NCBI RefSeq assembly: GCF_004010195.1 | Contig: NC_057718.1 | Coordinates: forward strand, 21,976,192 to 21,996,191 | Reading direction: 5' to 3' | Length of the DNA: 20,000 nucleotides | Origin: Chiloscyllium plagiosum | Taxonomy: Eukaryota | In this document: positions 9,870 through 20,000 of the stretch, one piece after another | Position numbering within the stretch: the first letter of the stretch is position 1 | Layout of the letters: the number at the start of each line of letters is the position of its first letter | Program-made: the position numbers and the translations under genes | Notes under the pieces: generated by a model | What the model was told of the DNA's origin: nothing | What the model saw: only the letters and a program-made list of their open reading frames with translations | Database searches by the model: none

Positions 9870-11915
9870 GATTTTTTTTAAAAAATTCACTCGTGGAACT
9901 TGGGTGTTGCTCGCTGGTCAGCATTTATTGCCCACCTCGAGTTACCCTTGATTGGTGGTGCTGAGCTGCCTTCTTGAACCTCTGCAGTCCATTTGCTGTA
10001 AGATGACATACACAATGTCCTCAGGCAGGGAATTCCAGTATTTTGACCCAGTGACAGTGAAGGAACAGCAATATATTTCCAAGTCAGGGTGGTGAGTGAC
10101 TTGGACCAGAACTTGCAGGTGGTGGTGTTCCCCTTACCCTTGGCCTTACCCTTCTAGATGGAAGTGGTCATGGGTTTGGAAGGTGGTGTCTAGGGACCTT
10201 TGGTGAGCTTCTGCAGTGCATCTTGTAGATGGTACACACTGCTGCGACTGAACGCCGGTGATGGAGAGAGTAGACACTTGTGAATGTGGTACTAATCAAG
10301 CATGCTGCTTTGTCCTGGATGGGGAGTCAGGTGGTGAGTCACTCGCTGCAGTATTCCGAGCTTTTGACATGCTCTTGTAACCACTGTGTTTATGTGGTGA
10401 GTCCAGTTGAGTTTCTGGTCTATTGGTAAACGCCCACATTGTTGATAGTGGGGATTCAGTAATGGCAACAAAATTTAATGTCAAGAGGTGGTTAGATTGT
10501 CTCTTACTGGAGATGGCCATTGCATGGCAGTCCAAAGCACAGTCTGAAAATGCGCATCTTAGGTGCGATTGGCCATGCGAAATTGCCCTGTAACGTCCAG
10601 GGATGTGCAGGCTATGTGGATTAGCCATGGTTAGTGCAGGGTTACAGGAAGAGAGTGGAATGCTCCGTGCAGACTCAATGGGTTCAACAGCCTGTATCCA
10701 TACTGCAGTGATTCTATAATTCTGGCATTTGTGTGATGCAAAAATTACTTACCAGCCCAAGTCTGGATACTGTCCAGATCCTGTTACACTTGAACATGGA
10801 CTGCTTCAGTATCTGAGCAGTCACAAAAGTTGCTAAACATTGGGCTATCATTGGCAAACATTTTCACTTCTGAGCTTATGATGGAGAGAAGGTCATTAAT
10901 GAAGCAGTTGAAGATGGCTGGGCCTAAGGCACCAAACGGAGGAACTCTTGTAGAGATGTCCTGGAGCTGAGATAACCGACCTCCATTTAGATCTTTCTAT
11001 GTGCCAGGTATGACTCCAACCAGTGGAGAGTTTGCCCCAATACCCATTGATTACAGTTTTGATAGGGCTCCTTGATGCCGCACTTGGTTGAATGCAACCT
11101 TTATGTCAAGAACTGTCACTCTCACCTAACCTCTGAAATTCAACTCTTTTGTCCATATTTGAACCAAGGCTGAAATGAGGTCAAGCACTGACTGACGCTG
11201 GTGGAACCCAAACTGGGCAGCAAATGAGCAGATTAGTATTCAGCAGGTGCTATTTGATAGCACTGCTGATGACACTTTCGATCACTCGAGTGATGATTGA
11301 CAGTCGACTGATGGGGTGGTAACTGGCCAGGCTGGATTAGTTCTGCTTTTTACGCACAGAACATACACGGGCCATTTTCCACATTGTCAGGTAGAGGTCA
11401 TGCTGTAACTGTACTGAAGAGCTTGGCTAGGGGATTGGCATGTTTTGGAGCACAAGTCTTCAGTACTATTGCCAGAATGTTATCAGGGCCATAGCCTTTG
11501 CAGTAATCGTACCTCCAACTGTTTTTTGATATCACATAGAGTGAATTGAATTGGCTGGAAGAGGCCAATTTGGATCATCTACTTGGCACTTTTGACTGAA
11601 AACAGCAGCGAATGCTTCAGCGTTATTTTTTGCACTGATATGACAGGCTCTTCCATCATTGAGAGTGGGGATATTGTGGAGTTCCTATCCCGGTGAGTTG
11701 TTTAATTATCTACCACCATTCAGGACTGCAGAGCTTGGATCTGACCCGTTGGTTGTGGAATTACTCAGCTCCATTTATCACTTGTTGTTTATGCTGTTTG
11801 GCATGCAAGTAGTCCTGGTTGATAGCTTCACCAGGTTGACATGTCATATTTTTGGTATTCCTAGTGCTGCTCCTGGCACACCATCCTACACTATGTATTG
11901 AACAGGGTTGATTCC
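9870..11915 (-). mobile_element. 5'-truncated, decayed non-LTR retrotransposon (CR1/L2-clade LINE), RT domain plus 3' end
   Basis: Minus-strand translation gives RT motifs SYHPISRLSII (about 11290-11325), VLDIKVAFNQVRHQ (about 11072-11115) and RVPPFGALGPAIFNCFINDLLSIISSEVKMFAND (about 10847-10948; catalytic FADD decayed to FAND). A-rich 3' end near 9872. Confidence 0.9.
10530..10722 (+). mobile_element. 5'-truncated HE1-like SINE nested in the LINE
   Basis: Homologous to the 3' half of the 9503-9855 SINE (ttaggtg.gattggccatgc.aaattgccc...cagggatgtgcagg), ends 'gattctataattc', flanked by TGGCA direct repeats (10525-10529, 10723-10727). Confidence 0.85.
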
Positions 11916-12469
11916 CTGAACAAGAGCAAATGGCAATAAAAAAGTCTGTTTCAAGCAAATCAACATTAAGATTTGATTTTGGTTACACTACTGGTACATT
12001 TTCTAAAATCTAGTTGTCCGATATTCAGTAAAATCCCTTGATCTCATAAGTACATCCATTATTGGGCTGATCCTAGAGCATGGAATCAGTGACAGTTGTG
12101 CATGGATAGGACATGAGTCCAGTACAGCGCTTTAAGATTGAACTTTCCCAACCCTCCCTATTCCCCAAACACAAAGTTGTCTTTTCCACCTTTGGGTGAG
12201 ATTCGGAAATGCTCTCTTACCTTCTTTCACAACACTCCTGTCTACATTCAAGCCCAATGTTCAAAATCTAGGAAAATTTTGAAATCCAGCATAATCTTGG
12301 CCTCTGGAGTGCTGGATTTTGGACACCTGAGCCTGTACTTCCTCACACCTGCTATTTCCACATTCTCAAAAAACAAATTAAAAGCAGCATTCCAAAGTGT
12401 GAACATATGTGAATCACTCTATTTATGCTCAAGTTGTTAATAGTCAATATCTCATTTTAAATACCTTAC

Positions 12470-12653
12470 CTTTCAAAAATGATTTGGGTGGTTTGAAAGC
12501 AACAATAAAATTCTTTAGCAAGAAAGTAAGGATTAATCCAGCTTCTGCATTTTCAGCACTATAATGCCGCACATTTTTCACATATTGTGTAAGTAGTCCT
12601 GCTGGTACTATGTTCCCTTCAACAGAATCACAATGCCATTTTTGAGAAACCTT
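12470..12653 (-). CDS. HEATR1: HEATR1 coding exon (184 nt, phase 0 to 1; absent from the ORF track)
   Basis: Acceptor ctcctctttcatttcag|AAG, donor AAAG|gtaagg. Encodes KVSQKWHCDSVEGNIVPAGLLTQYVKNVRHYSAENAEAGLILTFLLKNFIVAFKPPKSFLK, like human 'LVFSLKKFIYALKAPKSFPK'. Confidence 0.92.
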
Positions 12654-13464
12654 CTGAAATGAAAGAGGAGAATAATTAGCTTTATTTTGAAATACTCAGC
12701 AAACTGAGGAAATGTTTTTAGACATGATGTCTTGGAGGCTAAGAGATTTATTCTTTGGAATCCCATCTGGAAAACCAAAAGTTCTCAATTTTAAAGACTG
12801 TGTACTCAGTTTTTAAGTTTATCATGAACGAGGTGCACACATCCCATTCAATCTGTCTAATCTTGTTCTCAACTGACTCTAGACTTTAATTATACATGTA
12901 GATTTGCTGGCAAAACAGATTCTCCTCTCCTTTTCCTGTTCATTAATCATAAAAGTTTTGAATTATATTTTAGTCACATCAGAAATAACTAACGTCTGGC
13001 TTGAATTTACAATTGTTCAACACTGTGGATGATCCAGAGTAGATGCTAGAATATATATTGTAAGCTAGACACAATAATGTATCATTAAGTGATACTGAAT
13101 GCACATATTCAAAGTTGTAAGGAAAACAAATGCTTTTAGTCTGAATAATTTAGTCAAATTTGTCTTGATGAAACCATTGTGTGAATTTAGTGCAAACATA
13201 TGTGTGTGTGTTTTATATAACACAAAAACACTTAATGAAAGTGCAAAATGTGTGCTCACAATATTTAATAGCTGAAAAGAATGAATGCAGAATATTCTGT
13301 AACTGTGGACATAAAAGACATTATGTAAGCTGCCAGAGGGAAAAATACAGCCATAAACAGGACATACTAAAAACTTACAGTTTGTCGAATTACTGAGCTT
13401 TCATGCTATGGAGAAAAAGACAAATATCAGAGAAAGCTACCTTGATAAAACTCATTCATCTCTA

Positions 13465-13572
13465 GTGGCGCAGTTGTAGTGTCCCTATCTTTGCACCAGG
13501 TGACCCGGGCTCAAGTCCCACATGCTCCAGAGATGTGTAATAACATCTCTGAACAGGCTGCTTAGAAGAATA
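13465..13572 (+). mobile_element. Short (about 110 bp) tRNA-derived SINE-like element, copy 1
   Basis: A box gTGGCGCAGTTGt, B box GGGCTCAAGTCCC, then 'tgctccagagatgtgtaataacatctctgaacagg'. Second copy at 16580-16686. Confidence 0.7.
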
Positions 13573-14064
13573 CGTCACCTATGGTTTCAAAGCTCTTTCA
13601 GTGGAGCAGAGACCAGGATGATGCAAGTTTCTTTAAATTTGTATTTTATACATCTTTCTGGGTAAAGCTAAATGTTTAAAGTGCAAAGAAATAAAGAGAT
13701 GAACTTCAAACTATGGATAGCTGCCAAAAGACAAGTAGATACGTTTCTACATTTAAACATGTTTAATCACACCTTTACTGCACGCACAAATGAAAGTAAA
13801 GAAATAACTTGAAGACAGAGAGGCAGAATTACAATAAGTTAGAATAGAAAGATATGCAACTGAGCCACAAAAATGAGCATGCCCCAGTAATGATTCTTGG
13901 TCATGGTGGGTTAACTGTTATCAGTCAAGCAATGCAGCTTGGAAAGAGGCAAGTCAGACACACTAGTATCCTTGCTCTTAATTCCTACCTAGTGGAAGTA
14001 GATATGTATGGATGTTGGGCAAAGACAAGAATGTTACTATGTTCCATATGGGAAATATCCTGAT

Positions 14065-14355
14065 CTAGGAGTGGGCTAATTTCCCACTGAATATTCTTTG
14101 GCACTCAGCAATGTCATGCTCGCTCACAAGCAGTGTACTGCTCTGCAGTAAGAATTTCCTCAGGGCTTCTCCCAGTTCCACTTTATTGATTTGCCAACAA
14201 TTCCATAAAAACTGCATGAACACAGCATTTCCTTGACCTTCTGTCAAGATTATGACAGCATATCAGGAAAATTCCTGAGGAAATTCTCAGCAAAAATCTT
14301 CAGGAAGACAGACAGAGAGAAAGCATCAACAGCGGGGGAAGAAAATGCTTCCTAG
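14065..14355. repeat. Degenerate fold-back (MITE-like) element
   Basis: Terminal CTAGGA/TCCTAG, weak subterminal ttcccactg/cagcgggggaa match, and a perfect internal 14-bp inverted repeat AGAATTTCCTCAGG (14151-14164) / CCTGAGGAAATTCT (14274-14287). Confidence 0.4.
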
Positions 14356-14440
14356 TTTGTCAAATTCCAGGTATGAACTAAAAATACAGTCATTGCTTGA
14401 TTCTAATCCTGAAAAGCTGCTTGAAGTAAAAGCTACTTAC

Positions 14441-14635
14441 CAAATGTGACTTTTTTGCTATTAGTTTCTTCAACCTTTTCTCCAGAACACAATACACTTG
14501 CAAAGCCACGTGCAAACAATCCCGTTCAGACTGTTTATCCAAGGTCTGAATTAAAGCAAAACTTAGTATATCAGATATCAGCATCTGTTTCACATCTGAG
14601 GATTCTTTTGCAATGATTTCTATGAGATGTCCCAT
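14441..14635 (-). CDS. HEATR1: HEATR1 coding exon (195 nt, phase 0 to 0)
   Basis: Acceptor ctatatttgcag|ATG, donor TTG|gtaagt. Encodes MGHLIEIIAKESSDVKQMLISDILSFALIQTLDKQSERDCLHVALQVYCVLEKRLKKLIAKKSHL, colinear with human 'EESFNLKQ...FAIRVFSLLQKKIKKL'. Confidence 0.88.
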
Positions 14636-15419
14636 CTGCAAATATAGAAGAGAATAACGTCAAAATTCTTAGGCATGCACTAATTTCCTGCCCCCAACCA
14701 CCCCAGTAAAACTTAATTTTGATATCATGACAATTTATCATAACTATCATACAAGGGTAGCAAATGCTGATCTTGCCAGCTACACATCTCATATGAATAC
14801 AAATGACTGTATATTTAGACACGTTCTAAAAGTGTAATTCAACCAGTTATCAATCAGAGTTCCCTAGGATTAAATATTTGGTATGAACTTGTATTTTAAT
14901 ATAATGTCATTATTTTACTTCATTCTCTTGTTCCTGGGGCTTCCTCGACCATATATATATGTCTGCTGAGTTGTGTTGAGCTCTGCACAAGCCTCTGTTA
15001 GAAACATTATTAATTTCCTTCAGTACATCTAATCCTTTAGTTTCCACTGTACAGAATTATTTCCATGTTGAACCACAAAAAAATATTTTTCTTAAATTTT
15101 AATCCCTGTGTTTTTTTTCTTACCAGTTTCAACCAAAGAAACATTGAAATAATGTAGGTCACTCATTTAAAATTATTTATTATCCATTAAGTATAGCTAT
15201 TGTATTTGCCCACCCTTGACTTGCTCCTTTCCAGTCCTGGAGTTCTTGCTCTTTATTAAGGCCCTTCACCTTGTTCACTGGAGGCTTCTATGAAATTGGG
15301 AAATGTCACATTAACCTAACAAGGTGACATATGCCCATTTAGTCTGCCTGAAAGATTCTAAGCTGACTGTATAACCACTGTTGTAGCTCTGAATAAGCTC
15401 ATCAGTTACAGTTGGAGAA

Positions 15420-15610
15420 GCAGTGTCAGAGACATGCAGAGATATGGACAAAGACAGATAATGAGAGAAGAAAGATTTATAGAAAAAGTGTGAGGACAAG
15501 AGATTCAGATGGAAAGAAATGAAATGGGAGGCAGTGAGAAAGCATGCAAAGAATAGTACCAGTAAGATGGAAAAGAAAAATAGGATGAGAAAGGAGGGAA
15601 GACAAGGCAT
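15420..15610 (+). repeat. Purine-rich low-complexity tract
   Basis: Strong A/G bias on the plus strand; accounts for the hydrophobic F/L/S-rich 161-aa minus-strand ORF. Confidence 0.6.
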
Positions 15611-15978
15611 GACCAATTCTATAGAACTAATTAGTGTCATATTAATTAAGACAGAAGTTTTAAACAGTAGATAAACTAAACAAACACAATGATCCAATTT
15701 GTGACCCCTTGGCCCTGCTGAGCTGGCTAAGGTAGAACAGATTATCAATACTTCCAATCGAAGCTTAATTAACCACACCAAGCAGCAAAGAAACATAGAT
15801 GCTTACCTACCCAAGAAACATTCTCCCGTTCATCTCGCCATACCTAAAAATTGCTCCAACCCTCAAATATTCATATCGCCTCTCTATTAAATTCTCCAGA
15901 ATGTTGAGGGGCAAGATTGATTAGTAACATTTCACATGCTCCATAACAAGTTTTATTTCCTTAAACATTTTCACTTAC

Positions 15979-16100
15979 AGTTCGAGTCCTAGAAGGAGGC
16001 TCCATTAAACACAAGTTATTTGCCAGAAGTTGGATCAATTTCTGACTTGCTTCACCCACAATTTCTTCAGAATTACAGCCATCAATAACTTTTTTGAGCT
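15979..16100 (-). CDS. HEATR1: HEATR1 coding exon (122 nt, phase 1 to 0)
   Basis: Acceptor tttcctgtag|AG, donor ACT|gtaagt. Encodes (E)LKKVIDGCNSEEIVGEASQKLIQLLANNLCLMEPPSRTRT, like human 'LENVIK...LIGVANQKMIELLADNINLGDPSS'. Phase matches the previous exon. Confidence 0.92.
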
Positions 16101-16579
16101 CTACAGGAAACACAATTGGTGAAAACAGCTTCAAGCACAGAACACAGCGTTTGTAGGAACATAGGAGCTGCCTTAATTTGCTCCTAACTGAAAGATGGTA
16201 CAAAAAGAATTTGGCAATCTGGTAAGTCCTTGTGTGTATAATCAGCAGACATACTATAATAAAGAGTAAATGTACAATGGTGATCTTTTCCGTGACTAGT
16301 CAGTTGGAAGCCAATAATTTGTTCTTCAATCTTTGAATAAAGTGTACATCATAGCTCAGGGTTATTTTGTCATGGTCCCACAACATTGGCTTGGACATAT
16401 GTGTTTTTTGATGTATTCTTTGAGCAAAATTTGAAAATAAAGATGCAAGTGAGTCAGCTTCCATCAAAAAAGGCATTCAAACAACTGATAGTACTGTTAC
16501 CAAGACAATTTCTGAAGATATCTGACACTTGCAAAAATACCCAAAGAAGAAATATAATTCAACTGCACATATATTTAAA

Positions 16580-16686
16580 GTGGCAGTGGTAATGTCCCTT
16601 CCTCTGAGCCAGCTCACCTTTATTTCAGTTCCACCTGCTCCAGAGCTGTGTAATAACATCTCTGAAGAGGTTGATTAGAAAATATC
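16580..16686 (+). mobile_element. Short tRNA-derived SINE-like element, copy 2 (B box decayed)
   Basis: gtggcagtggtaatgtccct...ccacctgctccagagctgtgtaataacatctctgaagaggttgattagaaaatat is colinear with 13465-13572. Confidence 0.65.
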
Positions 16687-17756
16687 TAAAAGAAATACAA
16701 ATACAAAAAAATCATGGCGTGCACATTGTGACAATGGGGATGGTAATCAGCAGTATCCACTGAACTGGCCTGGTAGAAATGGCCTCTGTTGACAATATAT
16801 CAAAATTTCAAAGGTATAAAACACTTAGAATGTTCTTCTTAAAATATAAAATGAAGTACTATAAACAAAGCTTAAAAACAATAAAACCGAAAATGACAAG
16901 GTATTGCCAACATTCTTGAATTAAAAATCATTTTGACAGTTTGGAAGGAGATTGGAAACACTGTATCTTAAAATACTGGCTGGGATCTGTCTTCCAAGGC
17001 TCAATGTGAGCAAATAGGGAACATAGCTTCCCTTCCATTCATGTGAAACAGCACCATTACTGGCTCAATGCAATGACTGGTATATGAAAATTATTGTTTC
17101 AGCTTCTGCACGCTTCCCCCCAAATTCCTTCCTCTCTACTGTATGTTTATTCAAAAATATTTTTCTATTTATGCTGCATTGTTTATACATCTCTCTCTAC
17201 AGCCACCCTCTCTAATTTAAATTTTAACAAGTGTTAGATATATTATTTAGCATACTATATTTTACTTTCCCTTGCTGTAGAATGTTAGAGTGTATCCAGA
17301 ATCCACATAGGTGAAAACGCCAACTTTGTCTAAGAATTCCCTATTTATTTCAAAGGAATCTTTTACTGATGTTATGCACAGTGTCTTTTGGTTCACTAGT
17401 TCTTAAACAGGGGAAATCAACACAGCAAAATACAACCTTGACTAAATGCCATAGTGCAGAATGAAAATTTTGATTTCTTGCATGAGATTCCTGCCAATTG
17501 CAGGATGCTTGGTATGCAGAGGAATGAGGGCAGAGCTGTCAACAGCCATAAAACAAGCAAACTTGTTAACGATCAATATTCAGTTCTAGCAAATGTTTTC
17601 CTTATTTCAAAAATCATTCAAAAAATGCAGGGCTCAGGAGCTTTGGCATTGTCCACTCCTTAGAGATAATTTAATACTTTCTGTACGTAGGCTAATCTGA
17701 AGACAAAATTAACTGTTTGAAATGAGCATTATTACCATAAATCAAATATATTTTAC

Positions 17757-17968
17757 CTGCTGGCCAGCCATGCAGCAGTGGACTCATGGAGCAGAAACTT
17801 GAATCAGCAAGAAAGATTGTTATTTTCTGTTCAGCTGATGCTATGGCTGGGTTGGTTGGGACCATATAGGGCAAGAGTTCCATCCATATCTGATTAGTTA
17901 ATATTTCATTCACATGAAGGAATTCCCCTGAGCTTAAAAACTGAATTGCCTCTTCCAGAATAACTTGC
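17757..17968 (-). CDS. HEATR1: HEATR1 internal coding exon (1st in window, 212 nt, phase 2 to 1)
   Basis: Acceptor ttgctcctag|G, donor CAG|gtaaaa. Encodes (W)QVILEEAIQFLSSGEFLHVNEILTNQIWMELLPYMVPTNPAIASAEQKITIFLADSSFCSMSPLLHGWPA, resembling human HEATR1 'LLPFMV...SAEMKIAIYLSKSGICSLHPLLRGWEE' (recalled). Confidence 0.93.
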
Positions 17969-18423
17969 CTAGGAGCAATTACACAATAGAAAATGTAATA
18001 TGCTGCAAATATTAAGAATATTAAACATATACAAATGTCACAGGGGAGTGGTGGAGGCATAGTTTTTATATATGCACATGAACGTAAGCACCTACTCACA
18101 GAATGGAAACAGTTAAAACAAAACAGCACCTTCCCTGCCCTCCCCTCAAAATTTCATAGAAACCAAGTTATTGTTGCAATATTTTCTTCTTCCAAAGAGT
18201 GATAATATTTTAAAACAAATAATTCTGTCTGATATTATCCTGTACTTCCACTGCACTGAGCACTGGTTCACACAATCTGGTTCCTGGGTAAAAATTGTGA
18301 CTACTTCTGCTCCAAAGTTTAATAATTTTGAGGTAGTTTTAATTCTAAAGTTCACTTTGTTTTTTTTAAATAACACACATTATTAACAAATACAGGCTAC
18401 AAAAGCCTAAAGTAAATACAAAC

Positions 18424-18600
18424 AATGCTGGAACTACTCAGGTCATTCAGCACCTGGGAAGAAAAAGTGCAAACGTCTCAAACCAATGACATTCGAAAGG
18501 CCATTGACCTAACTCTTTCTTTCTCATTCAAATGCCCTGCTGCATTTTTCCAACATTTCCTACTTTTATTTCAGTTTTCCAGCACCTGCACATGTTTTTG
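18424..18600. mobile_element. Degenerate fold-back Penelope-like terminal remnant
   Basis: Left arm aatgctggaactactcagg..cagcacctgggaaga versus right arm taactctttctttctc...cctgctgcatttttccaacatt. The right arm aligns with 5911-5990. Confidence 0.5.
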
Positions 18601-19284
18601 CTATTGTATTAAAAATTCATTAATTTGATGACTGGCTGTGTTCTGTGTGTCATTGTGCCACAGCACTGTTGCTACTGTTGGCCAGAGAGAGTGGTGTGCA
18701 GAATGGACTATGGCTAGTGCTTCAGCTCTTAGTTGACACTTCGTGACTTTTCTTGGAAGTGGTGATGGCAGGAGCTGATATGGTTTGGATGTTCTAAGTC
18801 AAAGCCAACATATAGCCATATGGACAATGTAATTGATCATAGCAGCATCTGTTGTGTATCCAACCACAGAATGAAGACAGGTTGAGGGCAACGTTCTCTT
18901 TAAGGTTCCGTGCATGTCAATTGGCAAGCCGAAGCATTCACTTCTGGTTTCTCCCGCCACTGTTACACATGGACTTTGGAGGCCTGCTCCGTAACCAGAG
19001 CAATGACAGAGAATAAAAGTTAAGAGTGATATATGGGAAGAGTAGTCAAAAATCGATCATAACTCTGCTTTTACTATTTTGGTTATCTACAGAAAGATTT
19101 CTGACTGTAAGAGCTGCTCCTTTTTTTGAGGTATTTTAGGTGTTGGAGGTGATTTCCTCGAATTCCAGGAGCAGCAACTTCTGTTTTATATGCTGTTGCA
19201 TTGTTTGGAAAAAAAAAGTCAAAACAACAGCAGTTTTAAAAGGGAGAAGGGCAGACAAAGGAAGCACATAGTGAGGACAGTGCA

Positions 19285-19320
19285 GGAGAGGGAGAGAGAG
19301 AGAGAGAGATAGAGAGAGAG
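19285..19320 (+). repeat. (GA)n microsatellite in the CR1 5' UTR
   Basis: ggagagggagagagagagagagagatagagagagag. Confidence 0.9.
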
Positions 19321-19761
19321 AACCTGCACAGTTACTGCCTTTGCTGTTTGAATTGGTGTATCGCCGGACATCGGAGTGCATCTGGGAAAATTAACAAACA
19401 GTGAAATTCACAACTAATCTTGGAGGAACTGATGGGTGAAGTTCACAGCACAGAATCAGATTCATTAATTATTGTTTTAAGTCTGTCCAAGAGAAAGGCT
19501 GCTGTAGTAGGTACAGTGGATTCTTTCTTGATTATAAGTTTTTGGTGATAAGTCTCTTGATTAAACTTAAAATATAAGCCATAGCTATTAATTTAACTTG
19601 TGGCAGTGTTTGTAGAGGAATAAGACAGTGTTATTTTCTTGGTCTGTAGATTGTGAAGGAGCAAAAATGGCCTTTGCAGTGATATGTACTTCTTGTCAGA
19701 TGTGGGAGTTTAAAGAGAGTTTAAGGGTTACTGCGGATTATATCTGCCATAAATGCTGTTG

Positions 19762-19853
19762 GATGCAAATCTTATCAGATTGAGTGAATCAGTTGGAGAG
19801 ACAGATAGATGCAAATCTTATCAGATTGAGTGGATCAGTTGGAGAGACAGATA
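19762..19853 (+). repeat. 46-bp tandem duplication (2 copies, 1 mismatch)
   Basis: gatgcaaatcttatcagattgagtg[a/g]atcagttggagagacagata at 19762-19807 and 19808-19853. Confidence 0.95.
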
Positions 19854-20000
19854 GAAGTGATGAGGAATTTGGAACAGCAACAGTATGTGATGGATGGCAG
19901 TTATAGGAAGAGGGGAAAGTCTCAGGTACAGTCACATAGATGGGTTAACTCCAGGAAGGGTAAGAGAGGTAGGCAGCTAGTGCAGGAATCTTTTGTGGAT

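Larger units (their letters stand above)
19100..20000 (+). mobile_element. 5' end of a CR1 LINE (5' UTR plus disrupted ORF1), continuing beyond the window
   Basis: ATG at 19667 gives MAFAVICTSCQMWEFKESLRVTADYICHKCCWMQILSD* (CxxC-x16-CxxC zinc finger typical of CR1 ORF1). Coding resumes ...EVMRNLEQQQYVMDGSYRKRGKSQVQSHRWVNSRKGKRGRQLVQESFVD. Stop at 19781 and a frameshifting duplication. 5' boundary approximate. Confidence 0.85.

Noticed and set aside
9514..10628. ORFs of 79-110 aa overlapping the SINEs and LINE
   Set aside because: Chance open frames through non-coding SINE sequence or a decayed LINE; not host genes.
11281..11294. Perfect 14-bp palindrome ATCACTCGAGTGAT
   Set aside because: Lies within decayed LINE RT coding sequence; best explained as a local mutation or chance.
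11985..12337. Possible Tc1/Tigger-like DNA transposon remnant ending ...ggacacctgagcctgTA
   Set aside because: Only one plausible terminal repeat; the matching left end could not be established.
15370..15410. CTGATGA on the minus strand (possible hammerhead or C box)
   Set aside because: No GAAA after the putative stem II and no convincing D box with terminal stem.
15311..15796. 161-aa hydrophobic minus-strand ORF
   Set aside because: Arises from a purine-rich low-complexity tract; no recognisable domain, and the flanking HEATR1 exons already join in phase without it.
18640..19010. Possible RTE-like reverse transcriptase relic (GVQNG...LFLEVVMA)
   Set aside because: Similarity too weak and fragmented to support without a profile search.
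1..20000. Intronic snoRNAs, expected in some ribosome-biogenesis genes
   Set aside because: No sense-strand RTGATGA...CTGA pair with a terminal stem found by eye; H/ACA RNAs cannot be excluded without a covariance search.

Overview
Eukaryotic (vertebrate) genomic DNA; the repeat complement points to a cartilaginous fish, probably a shark (inference). The whole window lies inside one minus-strand gene, HEATR1 (UTP10 orthologue, small-subunit processome HEAT-repeat protein). Ten consecutive internal coding exons (17968 down to 1941) have canonical GT-AG sites and compatible phases. They splice into 1762 nt (1 nt + 587 codons) with no stop, matching roughly the middle of the protein. The introns hold CR1/L2-clade LINE fragments, tRNA-derived SINEs and Penelope-like remnants. 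Most notable: (1) a 173-bp fold-back insertion with a 10-bp target-site duplication carrying an intact minimal hammerhead-ribozyme core (4819-4853); (2) a CR1 3' tail that appears to supply the polypyrimidine tract of a HEATR1 splice acceptor (7639-7685). Most ORFs in the supplied track are spurious or are exon read-throughs into introns. Repeat-family names and human comparisons come from recognition and memory, not database searches.
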